Of a stretch of 64,000 nt of DNA, positions 52,670-64,000 are shown one piece after another (within the stretch, counting starts at the first letter, position 1; each line of letters begins with the position of its first letter). The translations under genes were made by a program, and so were the position numbers. The stretch covers positions 87,792,001 to 87,856,000 of the forward strand of contig NC_043005.1 of assembly GCF_006345805.1 (NCBI RefSeq). The letters are read 5' to 3'. A model generated the notes under the pieces. That model searched no databases. It was not told the DNA's origin and was given only the letters and a program-made list of their open reading frames with translations. Origin of the DNA: Octopus sinensis (lineage: Eukaryota).

Positions 52670-55600
52670 CTAACAGATCCCGTCTTTTTCCCTTTCTTTT
52701 CGTTTCCTTCTCCGTATTTTATTCTCATTATTTCGAACTAATACAGACACAGTAAGCCTTGAAGAAGGAAGAGGAGGAAAGAAAAAAAAAATGTCGTCCG
52801 GAGATAAAACTATCAACAAAAAAATACAGACGAATATAGATCTGCTAGTCTTAAGAAGCGGCGCTATGAGCAATGCTTACATGTAGTGAACCCTAAACTG
52901 ACAGATCCATCTCCTAATATAAGAATGAATGCTCGTCATGCTTCAAGGTCAACAAATCAAACAATAAACCGCATTGGTCATTGCGCGGATTACAAAAGAC
53001 CACGTACCCGAAAATTGAACCAAATCCTGATTGAAAAATCAGTTACTGGATCAAATCTTCCCAACACACAGGAGCTGGACGAACCCCACAACCGGAATAT
53101 TCCAACAGATGGCCATCCATGCTCATCACCAAATAATCAAAAGAAAAAGAAGGAAAAATGGTCTAGGGAAGATAATAAAGAAGTTCTTGAGGCCTTCTAC
53201 CATGCCATATATTTCCCCACAGATAAGTCTAGCACTGTACAAGCATACTTAAACTGGAGACAGAAACACCCTGAAGTAAGACCCTACATAGACAGTAACA
53301 AGCTTGCCAATGTTAGAAGAAACATTATAAAAAAGAAATTACTGACTGAAGTAGAGATTGATCAGGTTAGACAAGCAATATCGGATAAAATGAACGAAGC
53401 TGCAGCTAGAGAAGATAATACAGAGGAAATGATTATAGACCAGCCCAGGGCGGATAAAAACGAAGAGAGGATTCAAAGAGTTAGTATAAGTGATAGGCAA
53501 AGTGAAATACGCCCTGAACCAATCATAAACACTAAGACAGATGAGCAAATATTGACCCAACAGAACTACATGAGCTAAAAAATCAAATCATGATTGAATG
53601 GCTGAAAATTAAAGAAACCAGCATGGATGAGCGTGATACACTTCCTAAAATCCGCAACTCTAACCAAAACATGAAAATAATTGGTAAAATCCGGCTTGCA
53701 CTTAAGGATATAATTTCAGTTAATGATGTTGATATCACAAACCTCAACCACTTATACTATGCATCCGCGAAAATCTCAACGATCCTATGTGGTGTAAAGA
53801 TTAGAAAACGGCAACAGTCCCACAAAAAGCCTTCTTGGCAAGAGCGTCTGCAACAACAAATTAAAGTATTTAGATCTGACATTAAATATTTGAAAAACCT
53901 TAAGGCTCACAAGACTACCAAACCTACAAAAACCCAAAAATTACTGAAAAAATACAATATGAAAACTATACTTGATATTGATGCCACCATAGAAACCATC
54001 AAACAAAAGGTATCTGCCAAAGCTGCCCGCATAGCGAGGTATGAAAAGCGTGTTAGATTTTTCAAGGACAACAACATGTTCAAAAATAACACCAAGAATT
54101 TTTACAGGAAGATAGGAAAAACAGCGTTTACTGCAGGGTCTGTACCATCAAAAGAAGAAGTGCAGAGATTTTGGAATAAAATCTGGGCAGAAGAAAAAAC
54201 ACACACAACGAAAAGGCCCCCTGGATTGACAGAATATCTACAGAACTGGCCCCTTAGAAGAGCAAAAGTGGGAGGGTGTCAAGGTAGAAGATATAAGATC
54301 TGCTCTCAGGAGGTCAAGCAAATGGAAGTCTCCAGGAAAGGATAAAATTCCTAACTTCTGGCTGAATGCCTTCCCAGAGAGCCATGAACTGCTAACAGAA
54401 CTGTACAATGATTTTGCAACACCCTAGTAGGATGCCTCCTTGGCTAGTTAATGGGTTAACATTCCTGCTTCCAAAAAGTGAAGAAACAAATGAACCAAAA
54501 AACTATAGACCCATAACCTGCTTAACAACTATGTACAAAACTAACATCTGTCCTGACGGAATATACCTATAGTTTTTTAACAGACAGCAGCATATTCCCT
54601 AATGAACAGAAAGGATGTAAACGTGGATCCTACGGCTGTAAAGACCAACTACTCATCAATAAGATGATCTTAGAAGATTGTCACAAACGACACAAAAACT
54701 TATCAATAGCCTGGATAGACTATAAAAAGGCTTTTGATAGCCTACCACATAGCTGGATTAGGAAATGCCTTGAAATGTATAAGATAGCACCACTCTGCGA
54801 AACTTCTTGACTGTAAGTATGAGATCATGGAGAACCACACTAACTCTGAACAGTGACAGTGAATCCCTAAATGCTGGTGATGTAAAAATTTCGTGTGGCA
54901 TTTTCCAGGGTGACTCACTGTCACCACTCCTCTTTTGTTTCCTTAATACCTCTCTCAAAGCTGCTCAATGACGCGCAGTACGGGTATAAAATGTTTGATA
55001 AAAATATAAATCATCTCGTTTACATGGATGATTTAAAGCTTTTTGCAAAAAATGATCAACAACTCAAGGGCTTACTAGCGATAGTCAAACAATTCAGTGA
55101 CGACATCAGAATGCAATTCGGCCTCGATAAATGTGCAAAGGCTACCTTTATCAAAGGAAAAATGACAGAAACATCTAACGTTAACCTTGACCAACAGAAT
55201 GTCATAAAAGAACTAGACCCAGCGGAGAGCTACAAGTACCTAGGGGTAATTGAAGGGAACGGAATAAGGCATTCAGAGATGAAGGAAAGGATCAGGAGAG
55301 AATGCTATCGAAGAGTGAGAGCAATACTCAAGACAGAGCTGAATGCAAGAAACAGGATCGAAGCAATCAATGCATTAGCTATACCAGTCGTGACTTACAG
55401 TTTCAATATTGTTAACTGGTCAATTACTGAAATATGTCAGCTCGACAGAAAAATAAGGAAACTGTTAACAATATATAGAATGCACCACCCTAAGGCAGAT
55501 ACAGAACGACTCTATCTGCCAAGAAAAGAGGGAGGCCGTGGTCTTTTGCAACTGGCAATAACAATGAAGATTGCTACAATTGGCCTAGACACCTACCTGA

Positions 55601-56812
55601 AAAACTCTGAGGACTGGATGTTAAAACTTGTCTCAAAACATGAAAACAAGAAAGCATCATACTCAGTCACAAAACAGGCAAAGGAATATCTAAGTGAATT
55701 CCGAATACAACCAATTTCGGAATTAGAGATAGACATACAAGAAACAAGCACAGAAAACTAGGCGCATGAAAACCCGTGCCAAAACTGCGGCCTTAGATAT
55801 TCTGAATAATAAATGGCAAGAAAAACCTCTCTATGGCAAATACCCAAAGAGAGCGAATAATGCAGATATCGACAAAGCCCTGACCCATCAATGGCTAATG
55901 GCCTCTGGCTTAAAATCTGAAACAGAGGGGTTTATCATAGCAGCTCAAGATCAATGCCTACCAACAAGAAACTACCAGGCCAACATATTAAAGATCAGAA
56001 GCAGTCCACGTGTCGTGTATGCAAGCAACAAAATGAAACCATTGACCATGTGGTCTCCAAGTGCAGTCTTCTAGCGCCTACAGAGTATCTCAACAGGCAC
56101 GATAGAGCTGCACAATATATTCACTGGGTAATCTGTAAAAACCTGGATTTGCCCCATGAAAAAAACTGGTGGGAACACAACCACCCCCAGTGCTTGAAAA
56201 TGACCACATCTCACTCCTCTGGAACTTCACCATTCAAACTGACAGGAAGATAGATGCAAATAGGCCAGACATCATATTGAAAGACTTCAAACAAAGAACA
56301 TGCCTCCTCATTGATATGACTGTCCAATTGATATAAACGTATCTGTCAGGACCTACCAAAAACTGAGCAAATATAAAGATCTTGAAATAGAAATCAGCAA
56401 AATGTGGAAGCTGAAGACTAAAACAATACCTGTTGTCATAGGTGCCCTGGGAATGATAGCAAAAGGGGCTGATAGCTACCTAACTCAGATACCAGGAAAC
56501 CCAAAAATGGCAGAAGTTCATAAGATAGTGCTCATGGGAACTGCTCATATCCTACGCAAAATACTCTCTATGTAATCAAGGTTTAAAAAAACACCTAATT
56601 TTCGGTTTAAAAAAAAAAAAAAAAAAAATTTTTTTTTTTTTAGACATTCATTAGTACAACACATCCCACCCCCCAAATATATGGCACACTAGGCATAACA
56701 ACAACATGAACTTCCACCCTGTTGTCTCTTGAGGTCTCTGGGTGAGACTTGGAGCCAACTTGTACAAATATAAAGCAAAAGTCAAACATAGAATAATAAT
56801 AATAATAATAAT
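52670..56812 (+). mobile_element. near-full-length R4/Dong-like RLE non-LTR retrotransposon, family B (frameshifted)
   Basis: N-terminal KWSREDNKEVLEAFY...NKLANVRRNII motif; RT (YRPITCL, DYKKAFDS, GIFQGDSLSP, YMDD); CRVCKQQNETIDHVVSKC knuckle; RPDIILKD...LIDMTV...KLSKYKDL; stop 56573-75; 3' UTR then (AAT)n. The 5' boundary is approximate. Confidence 0.93.
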
Positions 56813-56814
56813 AA

Positions 56815-57371
56815 TTGCCCTGATGCAGTACCAGGCAGTGGCTCTCATGGCTTCTGATCTTAACTGATTGGAAGTGTTATCATGTACATTGTTTTGTCTT
56901 GGTATAAAAGATGGGCTACACCAAATATTCTGCTCAATACCACAGATTTGCTTGTCAGTTGTTTGACCTTAACCAGTTGAGCATGTCCCTTAGTGGCTGA
57001 CGATATGTGCATCTCTGATCCCGAGCAGAAGTAGTGGGGGAGCATCATAGCCATGTGTTGAGAAGGATTCTTTGGGGTTTGAATAATTCACCTCTGGAAA
57101 CATGGGTGTTTCGTTCAACGTCCTTAAACAACCCTTAATCAGGGACCTTTTGAGCGGGATGGGTTACTCGATCTGAAGAAAATTCTAACGGGGCTCCACC
57201 TGCAAGGTCATGTGCTGTTTATCTTGATATGAGATCACCATGTCGCGCACATATGGTTGTGATGCATGTGCCTGGTGTACCCTTATCAGACGGGTAGTCA
57301 TGATGGGTATACTGGGCTTCGTATATTTTACCCCAGTGTCACTTTGATGGCATGCTCTGCTCGCTCACTCA
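56815..57371 (+). mobile_element. ~560-bp (AAT)n-tailed retroposon, longest copy, directly after the family B LINE tail
   Basis: Homologous to 4031-4603; (AAT)n before and after. Confidence 0.88.
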
Positions 57372-57423
57372 ATAATAATAATAATATACTATTTCAGCTA
57401 ACGCTGCCGCTCATGACTGATAG

Positions 57424-57466
<43 letters not shown>

Positions 57467-57511
57467 AATGATGATGATGATGGTGGTGGTGGTGATGGTG
57501 ATGACGCCAAT

Positions 57512-57690
57512 AATGGTTTCAAATTTTGCGACAAGGGCAGCAATTTTGGGGGATTAGATGAGTCGAATACATTACCCCCCAGTGTTCAACTGGTAATTAT
57601 TTTTATCGACACCGAAAGGATGAAAGACGAAGTCGACCTCGGCGGAATTTGAACTCAGAATGCAGCAACGGCCGTAACACCGCTAAAGCA
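57512..57690 (-). mobile_element. S1 SINE, tail type 2, inside a (GAT)n array
   Basis: Reverse complement ...CCCCCAAAATTGCTGCCCTTGTCGCAAAATTTGAAACCATTATT. Confidence 0.8.
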
Positions 57691-58210
57691 TACAACGATA
57701 ATGAAAACGATTCTAATGATGAGCAAGGTGGGAGTGATGACGATTATGATGATGACGACAGCGATGACGATGATAATGATGATAATGATGATGACGGTAA
57801 TGGCGTTGTTGATGGGGGTCTGGTTCCGCTGGTTGTGTTGGAGACAATGGCAGAGATAAAGAGTGGAATGAGTAAAATTGCGTTCTAGCACAATTACTTG
57901 AAATGATTTTGTTTTGTTTTTTTTAACAATGGGTACAAAAATTTTACAGATGAGAGATAGAAAACAAGATGAAAAATTTTATAATAATAAATTTGTGTTG
58001 GGGAGGGGAGCTCCTAGATTATTATAAATTAAATGAACACATCAAACAATGAGAAGAAAATTTATGAAGAAATTATTTTTTTAAACACTAAAATATAGGA
58101 GAATTATATATTATGATACGCATTATAGATTGTATGAAATAGATAAATATATATATATACGTATACTTATATGTGTGTGTATGTGTGTGTATCTATGTGT
58201 ACATATATAT

Positions 58211-58296
<86 letters not shown>

Positions 58297-58304
58297 TATA
58301 TATG

Positions 58305-58347
<43 letters not shown>

Positions 58348-58417
58348 ACATTTGTGTCTATGTATATGTATATATATAGGTATGGATATATATAAATAAA
58401 TTTGTGTGTATATATCT

Positions 58418-58452
<35 letters not shown>

Positions 58453-59178
58453 CACGCACAGAGACGTACTTGTGTATACATATATACGTACATGTATCTA
58501 TGTGTGTGTGTGCATGTGTAGACATGTATGAATGTGTAAGTAATAAGAACTGAACGCGACTTTGAGAGATGCAAAATGCATAGGTTTTGTTTTAGATCGT
58601 TGGTGCCTAGGCAGAAGTGCTGGGTGATGTGGATGTGGGTTATGGCGGTCATTAGGATGGTTACAGTAATGATGATAATAGAGCTGACGTTCATTATGCA
58701 GAAGATGAAGAAGCGATTAGAAGAAATACAATAGAAAGGAAGAAAGATCGGTTGAGTGCGTAGGCAGATTTAATACGTGAAAGAAAGTAGATAATAAAGC
58801 GACATTAAATATGAAGCCGCTGAAAAGAACGAAAGATCGTCTTCGAAAATTTAATAATAGTAAATTCTAAAACAAAATGTAAACTAAAGCGAAAAGTAAA
58901 TTTTTTCGTAAAGTGATAAAAATCAAATGAAGAAATAAATCAGTTTAAAAAATTCCTAAAAATATATTTGTGTCAAATGCGATTTTGATAAATCACCATA
59001 GAATGTGTAACACGATATCCAATGGTTAACACATTAACAATATACATTTTTTTTTTTATTAAGATTCATTATTGTTTTTGTTATTAATTAAATTGGGAAA
59101 AAATGGTTTAATTTTTGTATTTTTAATTTCAATATTTTTATAGATTTTCAGGTAATTTTTAGGCGATATAAATTTTAA

Positions 59179-59344
59179 GAGCTAACGATCCCATGATCGT
59201 CAGCACGCCTGGAAAAATAGCGGTATTTCGTCCGTATTTATGTTCTGGGGTCGATAGATTAAGTACCAGTTACGCACTGGGGTCGATGTAATCGACTAAT
59301 CCCCTACCCCGAAATTGCTGCTTTTGTATCAAAATTTGAAACCT
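59179..59344 (+). mobile_element. S1 SINE, tail type 2, internally deleted
   Basis: GTCAGCACGCC...GGTATTTCGTCCG...TTCTG|GGGTCGAT...CCCGAAATTGCTGCTTTTGTATCAAAATTTGAAACC. Confidence 0.75.
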
Positions 59345-59503
59345 CTGTTGTTATAAAGTCTCCTCATTGTTTTTCTTTTTTTTGCATATAGTATGGGTAT
59401 CTGCCTTCTCGTTTGTGGGTCACCTTCTTTCTACCAGGAATATAACTATATCGATTTATGGTCATTTGGTTTCAACTTGTTTGATTTTCAATCACATCCT
59501 TAA

Positions 59504-60017
59504 CCCATTGCCTGCCATGAGCCCCATTTGAGGATCTGCTCAAAACAGTCTCACTGCCTGTTGTTCGTTGTATTTAAGGTGAATTGCTTATGTACATTAC
59601 ATTTGCAGAGGTATGTTTAACAATATTCAGTAATTAAATTTTATCATTATTAGCTTTGGCTAATTTTAAAGGACATTTTATATCATAAATCACAATTTTT
59701 GAACCACAAAAATATCAACTGTTTTAAAAAGGGGAGGGGTTCCTTTCCCATCTTTATCATTCATTGCTACATACACATACACATTAGCATCTGATATTAG
59801 AGTTTAAAAAGAAAACTAAAATGTTTATTATTGCAATTGAATAGAAAAGAATATGCTTTCTTTCAGCAATCCCCATTTGACACTTTTCGAAAAATTTATC
59901 ATAATTTCCAAAATAATTCACATATGAAGAAAATTTAAATACTATATATTATTTTAACACCTAAGATACCTGACAAAGTCCCAAAAAATGAACAAAACAA
60001 ATATGGCAGTAAATGGA
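59504..60017. mobile_element. piggyBac-type MITE
   Basis: TTAA at 59500-03 and 60018-21; imperfect TIRs CCCATTGCCTGCCAT / ATGGCAGTAAATGGA. Confidence 0.6.
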
Positions 60018-60304
60018 TTAATTCCATATTCCATATTAATTTTCGGCGTATTTACAAACCATTTTCTTCGGTAACCTCAATTCTATTCGTTTGAATTTTA
60101 CATTTAGTAGAACTGAAGAATACAGGACTCAGTCGATGCTTTTTTGCACTTCGATACGTAATCCATTCCTGTACCATAACTTATCAAAATAGAATTCTGT
60201 CGAATTAGAATCTCCACGAAAGGCAGTTATTTTCATTTAGCAACTGACCTCTCATTCATGCTTTCAGATAAAGGATTAATTCGCCTAATACGTATATTCC
60301 TTTT

Positions 60305-60695
60305 AGCAGAGGTGGCTGTGTAGTAAGTAGCTTGCTAGCTAACCACATGTTTCCGGGTTCAGTCCCACTGCGTGGCAACTTGGGCAAGTGTCTTCTGCTA
60401 CAGCCTCGGGCCGACAAAAACCTTGTGAGTAGATTTGGTAGACAAAAACTGAAAGAAGCCCGTCGTATGTGTTTGTGTGTGTCTGTGTGTCTGTGTGTCT
60501 GTGTTTGTTCCCCCACCATCGCTTGACTACCGAAGTTGGTGTGATAACGTCCCCGTAACTTAGCGGCTCAGCCAAAGTGGTCGATAGAATAAGTACTAGG
60601 CTTACAAAGTATAAGTCCTGGTTTCAGTTTTTTTTTCGACTACAGGCGGTGCTCCAGCATGGCTGCAGTCAAATAGCTGAAACAAATAAAAGAAT
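60305..60695 (+). mobile_element. S3 SINE, full length, with internal (TG)-type repeat
   Basis: Homologous to 20892-21292. Confidence 0.85.
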
Positions 60696-61168
60696 AACTG
60701 CTTATTGTTTCATAATTCTTTAGTATAGATAATAAATTGACGCCTCCCGCTCCAGCTACAGCAATCATGGTGGAACATCGATGACGTGGCAGATATATGA
60801 AGTTGGTAGTATTGGCATTTCATTGGAAATCAATTTGTAAAATGTTAAATGAAATGCTTTATTCAAGATATCACCTTATTTTCAGAACAACCCCACCACT
60901 TACAACAACACCACATGTCTTGACGTCCGCTTGCTCGGTCTGTTTCTGTCTGTCCCACACAGTCTCTCTCTCTCTCTCTCACTCTCTTTCTCTCTCTCTC
61001 TCTCTTTCTCTCATCTCTCTCACTATTTCTATCTTCTCTAAATACACATGCATACATGCATATGTGTGTTTGTGTATATATGTATGTTGAAATATATAAT
61101 TATATATAATCATATATATATATGACTATATATGATTATATATTTCCACATACATATATACACAAACA

Positions 61169-61216
<48 letters not shown>

Positions 61217-61292
61217 TATATATGAATATATATATATGCATATATATGAATATATATATATATATGCATATATATGAATATATATATAATAT

Positions 61293-61321
<29 letters not shown>

Positions 61322-61323
<2 letters not shown>

Positions 61324-61644
61324 TAATAAATATTAGGGAATAAATCCAAATTTACAGGGAAAAAATCAGATTTAGGATTAAATCCAATTTTATAGTAAAA
61401 TATTATATAATATTATTAGAGACAAAACCACTATTTTGCAAAACAAACAAGGAAAGACTTATCAATACATAAAATTTTAATAAAAAGTCAAAAAAACCGC
61501 CACTACAATGTTTCTTGTCTTGATCGACAATCTTCAGGTGGACTTCCAATAAGTCAGTTTCAAATTATTGACTTTTTATTAAAATTTTATGTATTGATTA
61601 AGTCTTTCCTTGTTTGTTTTGCAAAATAGTGGTTTTGTCTCTAA

Positions 61645-61660
<16 letters not shown>
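61322..61660 (-). mobile_element. fold-back element (arms ~61404-61492 and ~61569-61657) with a hammerhead in the loop; (TA)n flanks
   Basis: Near-perfect ~88-bp inverted arms. Confidence 0.82.
61500..61541 (-). ncRNA. type I hammerhead ribozyme, canonical core
   Basis: CCAC-CTGAAGA-TTGTC-GATCAA-GACAA-GAAAC-ATT-GTA-GTGG (GUA site). Confidence 0.75.
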
Positions 61661-61692
<32 letters not shown>

Positions 61693-61959
61693 TGTCTGTG
61701 TATATATGTACATATGAATATAAATGTATATTTATATATATACATATACACTTATGTGTGTACTTGTTTATGCATGTGTGCGTATGTGTGTGTGTGTGTA
61801 TTAAATAACATACAATATAATTTCTTTGTATCGCAAGATGATTTCTGCATCCTAAAAAGGTAGAAAATTCTCAAAGAAGTAGATAGATACATAAATCATA
61901 CATATATATGAATATATGATGTGTGTATATGCATGTATGTATGTATGAATGTACGTACA

Positions 61960-62035
<76 letters not shown>

Positions 62036-62089
62036 ACATCGAAACTTCATTCTACTAAAAAGAACCGCGACCGTTATATCACGCCGAGA

Positions 62090-62430
62090 ACGTACCACCA
62101 GCATAGACCAAATGACCTTAACATGAGATTGAGACTTCATCCAAGGCTTGGCCTCACTACACAATTCAGGTACATCACCCATAAAGTGAAAATATCTTTC
62201 CCTCGACAGGTTCTGATCCATTAATCAATCAAAGAAGAAAAATATCTTATCACCTTCAAAAAAATGCCTAGACGAATTTCTTCAAGCGACACCGGATAAG
62301 CCACCTATACTTGGCTAGATCTCTGTCAACAACAACTCCCTGTTCGAATGGACAATGATACCACAAGATCTGTCTGAAAATGATTTAACAGACCTTCTCA
62401 GATGATGCTATCAAGTTAGACATGGCGTGA
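62090..62430 (+). mobile_element. CR1-like LINE 3' end (decayed)
   Basis: LHPRLG...IKEEKYLITFKKCLDEFLQATPDKPPILG*ISVNNNSLFEW resembles invertebrate CR1-group C-termini. Confidence 0.55.
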
Positions 62431-62479
62431 GCCAAACTTTGGTTGAAACATATAACACTAGCAAAATTAAATATATATA

Positions 62480-62692
62480 TTTCTTTACTGCCCACAAGGG
62501 GTTAAACATAGAGGGGATAAACAAAGACAAAGGAATTACAATGACCCCAGTTGCAAAACTGGTACTTTATTTATCGACCCCGAAGGATGAAAGGCAAAGT
62601 CGACCTCGGCAGAATTTGAACTCAGAACATAACGACAAACGAAATACCGCTAAACATTTCGCCCGGCGCGCTAACGTTTCTGCCTGCTCGCC
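62480..62692 (-). mobile_element. S1 SINE (tail type 1)
   Basis: Reverse complement GGCGAGCAGGCAGAAACGTTAGCGCGCCGGGCG...GTGGGCAGTAAAGAAA. Confidence 0.88.
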
Positions 62693-62737
62693 ATAAATAT
62701 AAATATATTATATATATTATATATATATATATATATA

Positions 62738-63019
62738 TAAGTTTATCTAAGTTATATATTTATATATTTAAATATACATATATATACATATATATACATA
62801 TGTATATGTATATGCAATCTATATATATATGTGTGTGTGTATATATATACATATGCAGTTATGTACGTATATATATATATATATATATATATATAAGTTA
62901 TCTAAGTTATATATTAATATTAAATATACATATATATACATATATATACATATGTATATGTATATGCATCTATTATATATATGTGTGTGTGTATATATAT
63001 ACATATGCATTTATGTACG

Positions 63020-63045
<26 letters not shown>
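62738..63045. repeat. ~155-bp tandem duplication of a TA/TACA-rich unit
   Basis: AAGTT(T)ATCTAAGTTATATATT...CATATGCA(G/T)TTATGTACG occurs twice. Confidence 0.8.
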
Positions 63046-63054
<9 letters not shown>

Positions 63055-63080
63055 GTATAGATATTTATACATATCCATGT

Positions 63081-63138
<58 letters not shown>

Positions 63139-63352
63139 GCATGTATATATTATATATATGTATAGATATTTTATATACATATGCATGTATATATATATAT
63201 ATATATAATATATATGCATAAACATATGTATGTATACAAGGAGATGTCCTTTTGGGATTAAAAATTCGCAGCAGAGTCCGCTCGAACGGACAAGCCATGT
63301 TAAAGTGGCTACCATATTACGTATATATGTATGTATGTGTATATATGTATAT

Positions 63353-63405
<53 letters not shown>

Positions 63406-63550
63406 GGGAATAGAAAGATGAATAATCTTGTAGTAGATTAATCAAAAGTTTAACCGATACCTTAGTAGCAAAAATCACAGCAGTAAACAGCACGGTTGGA
63501 GGTACAAATATGGTGTTGCAACCGTGCGTTGGTGCGGATAATAGAAATTA

Positions 63551-63856
63551 AAACATTATGGTGAATTGAAGAAATGGAGCTGAACGCAGATTGAACAGAA
63601 ATCGTTTTATTTCATTCTACACGTGTTTCGAAAGGGTTTCGCCATGGGCTCTTAGGAGCATAGTTCGATTTGTTTTTGCTCCGCCTCTGTTCTGTTTTTG
63701 TTTTTCCAACGGATTTCCTATTTTCTTCCTGAAGAGAAAGACACAATATGGTCCCATTATTCAATCGGATTTTGGTAATTTGTGCCTTTCGAAACACGTG
63801 TAGAATGAAATAAAACGATTCAGCGTTCAGCTCCATTTCTTCAATTCACCAATAAT

Positions 63857-63860
<4 letters not shown>
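63551..63860 (+). mobile_element. fold-back element (arms ~63551-63635 and ~63785-63860) with a hammerhead
   Basis: Left arm is the reverse complement of the ribozyme 3' half plus its downstream tail. Confidence 0.85.
63720..63811 (+). ncRNA. type I hammerhead ribozyme with ~55-nt stem II
   Basis: ATTTTCTTC/GAATGAAAT stem I (8 of 9 pairs), CTGAAGA, GAAAG-A-CACAA...TTGTG-C-CTTTC, GAAAC-ACGT-GTA (palindrome ACACGTGT; cleavage after 63802). Confidence 0.78.
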
Positions 63861-63897
<37 letters not shown>

Positions 63898-64000
63898 CAT
63901 ACACACAAACATGCGCAAACACATACACACATATATACATGAATGTATGTCTGTATACATATGAATGTGCACTCACATATATTTTTAGCAATAAAACTAT

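Noticed and set aside
56815-57200. HDV-like ribozyme in the 560-bp element (GCCCTGA / TCAGGGA as P1) or at the family B 5' end
   Set aside because: P2, P3, L3 and the catalytic J4/2 could not be assembled by eye; needs a descriptor search

Overview
AT-rich, microsatellite-dense animal genomic DNA, most likely Octopus (inferred from recognised tRNA-derived SINE families; not database-checked). No host protein-coding gene could be identified, and most ORFs in the track are microsatellite translations. The window is a mosaic of decayed mobile DNA. It holds four distinct R4/Dong-like non-LTR retrotransposon lineages (RT plus restriction-like endonuclease), one near full length at ~52.7-56.8 kb, mostly embedded in (AAT)n/(GAT)n tracts. 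It also holds two Tx1/L1-like 3' fragments in microsatellites, RTE and CR1-like 3' ends, three Penelope-like element (PLE) coding relics, three SINE families, a ~560-bp (AAT)n-tailed retroposon, and mariner- and piggyBac-type MITEs. The main leads are: (1) about nine hammerhead-ribozyme motifs, four inside non-coding fold-back elements of one shared architecture, including a ~362-bp retrozyme-like unit with a compensatory U3:A8 core; (2) a SINE whose 3' tail matches a Tx1/L1-like LINE tail, with a ~14-bp TSD; (3) an (AAT)n-associated RLE LINE plus a putative non-autonomous partner. All alignments and folds were done by eye.
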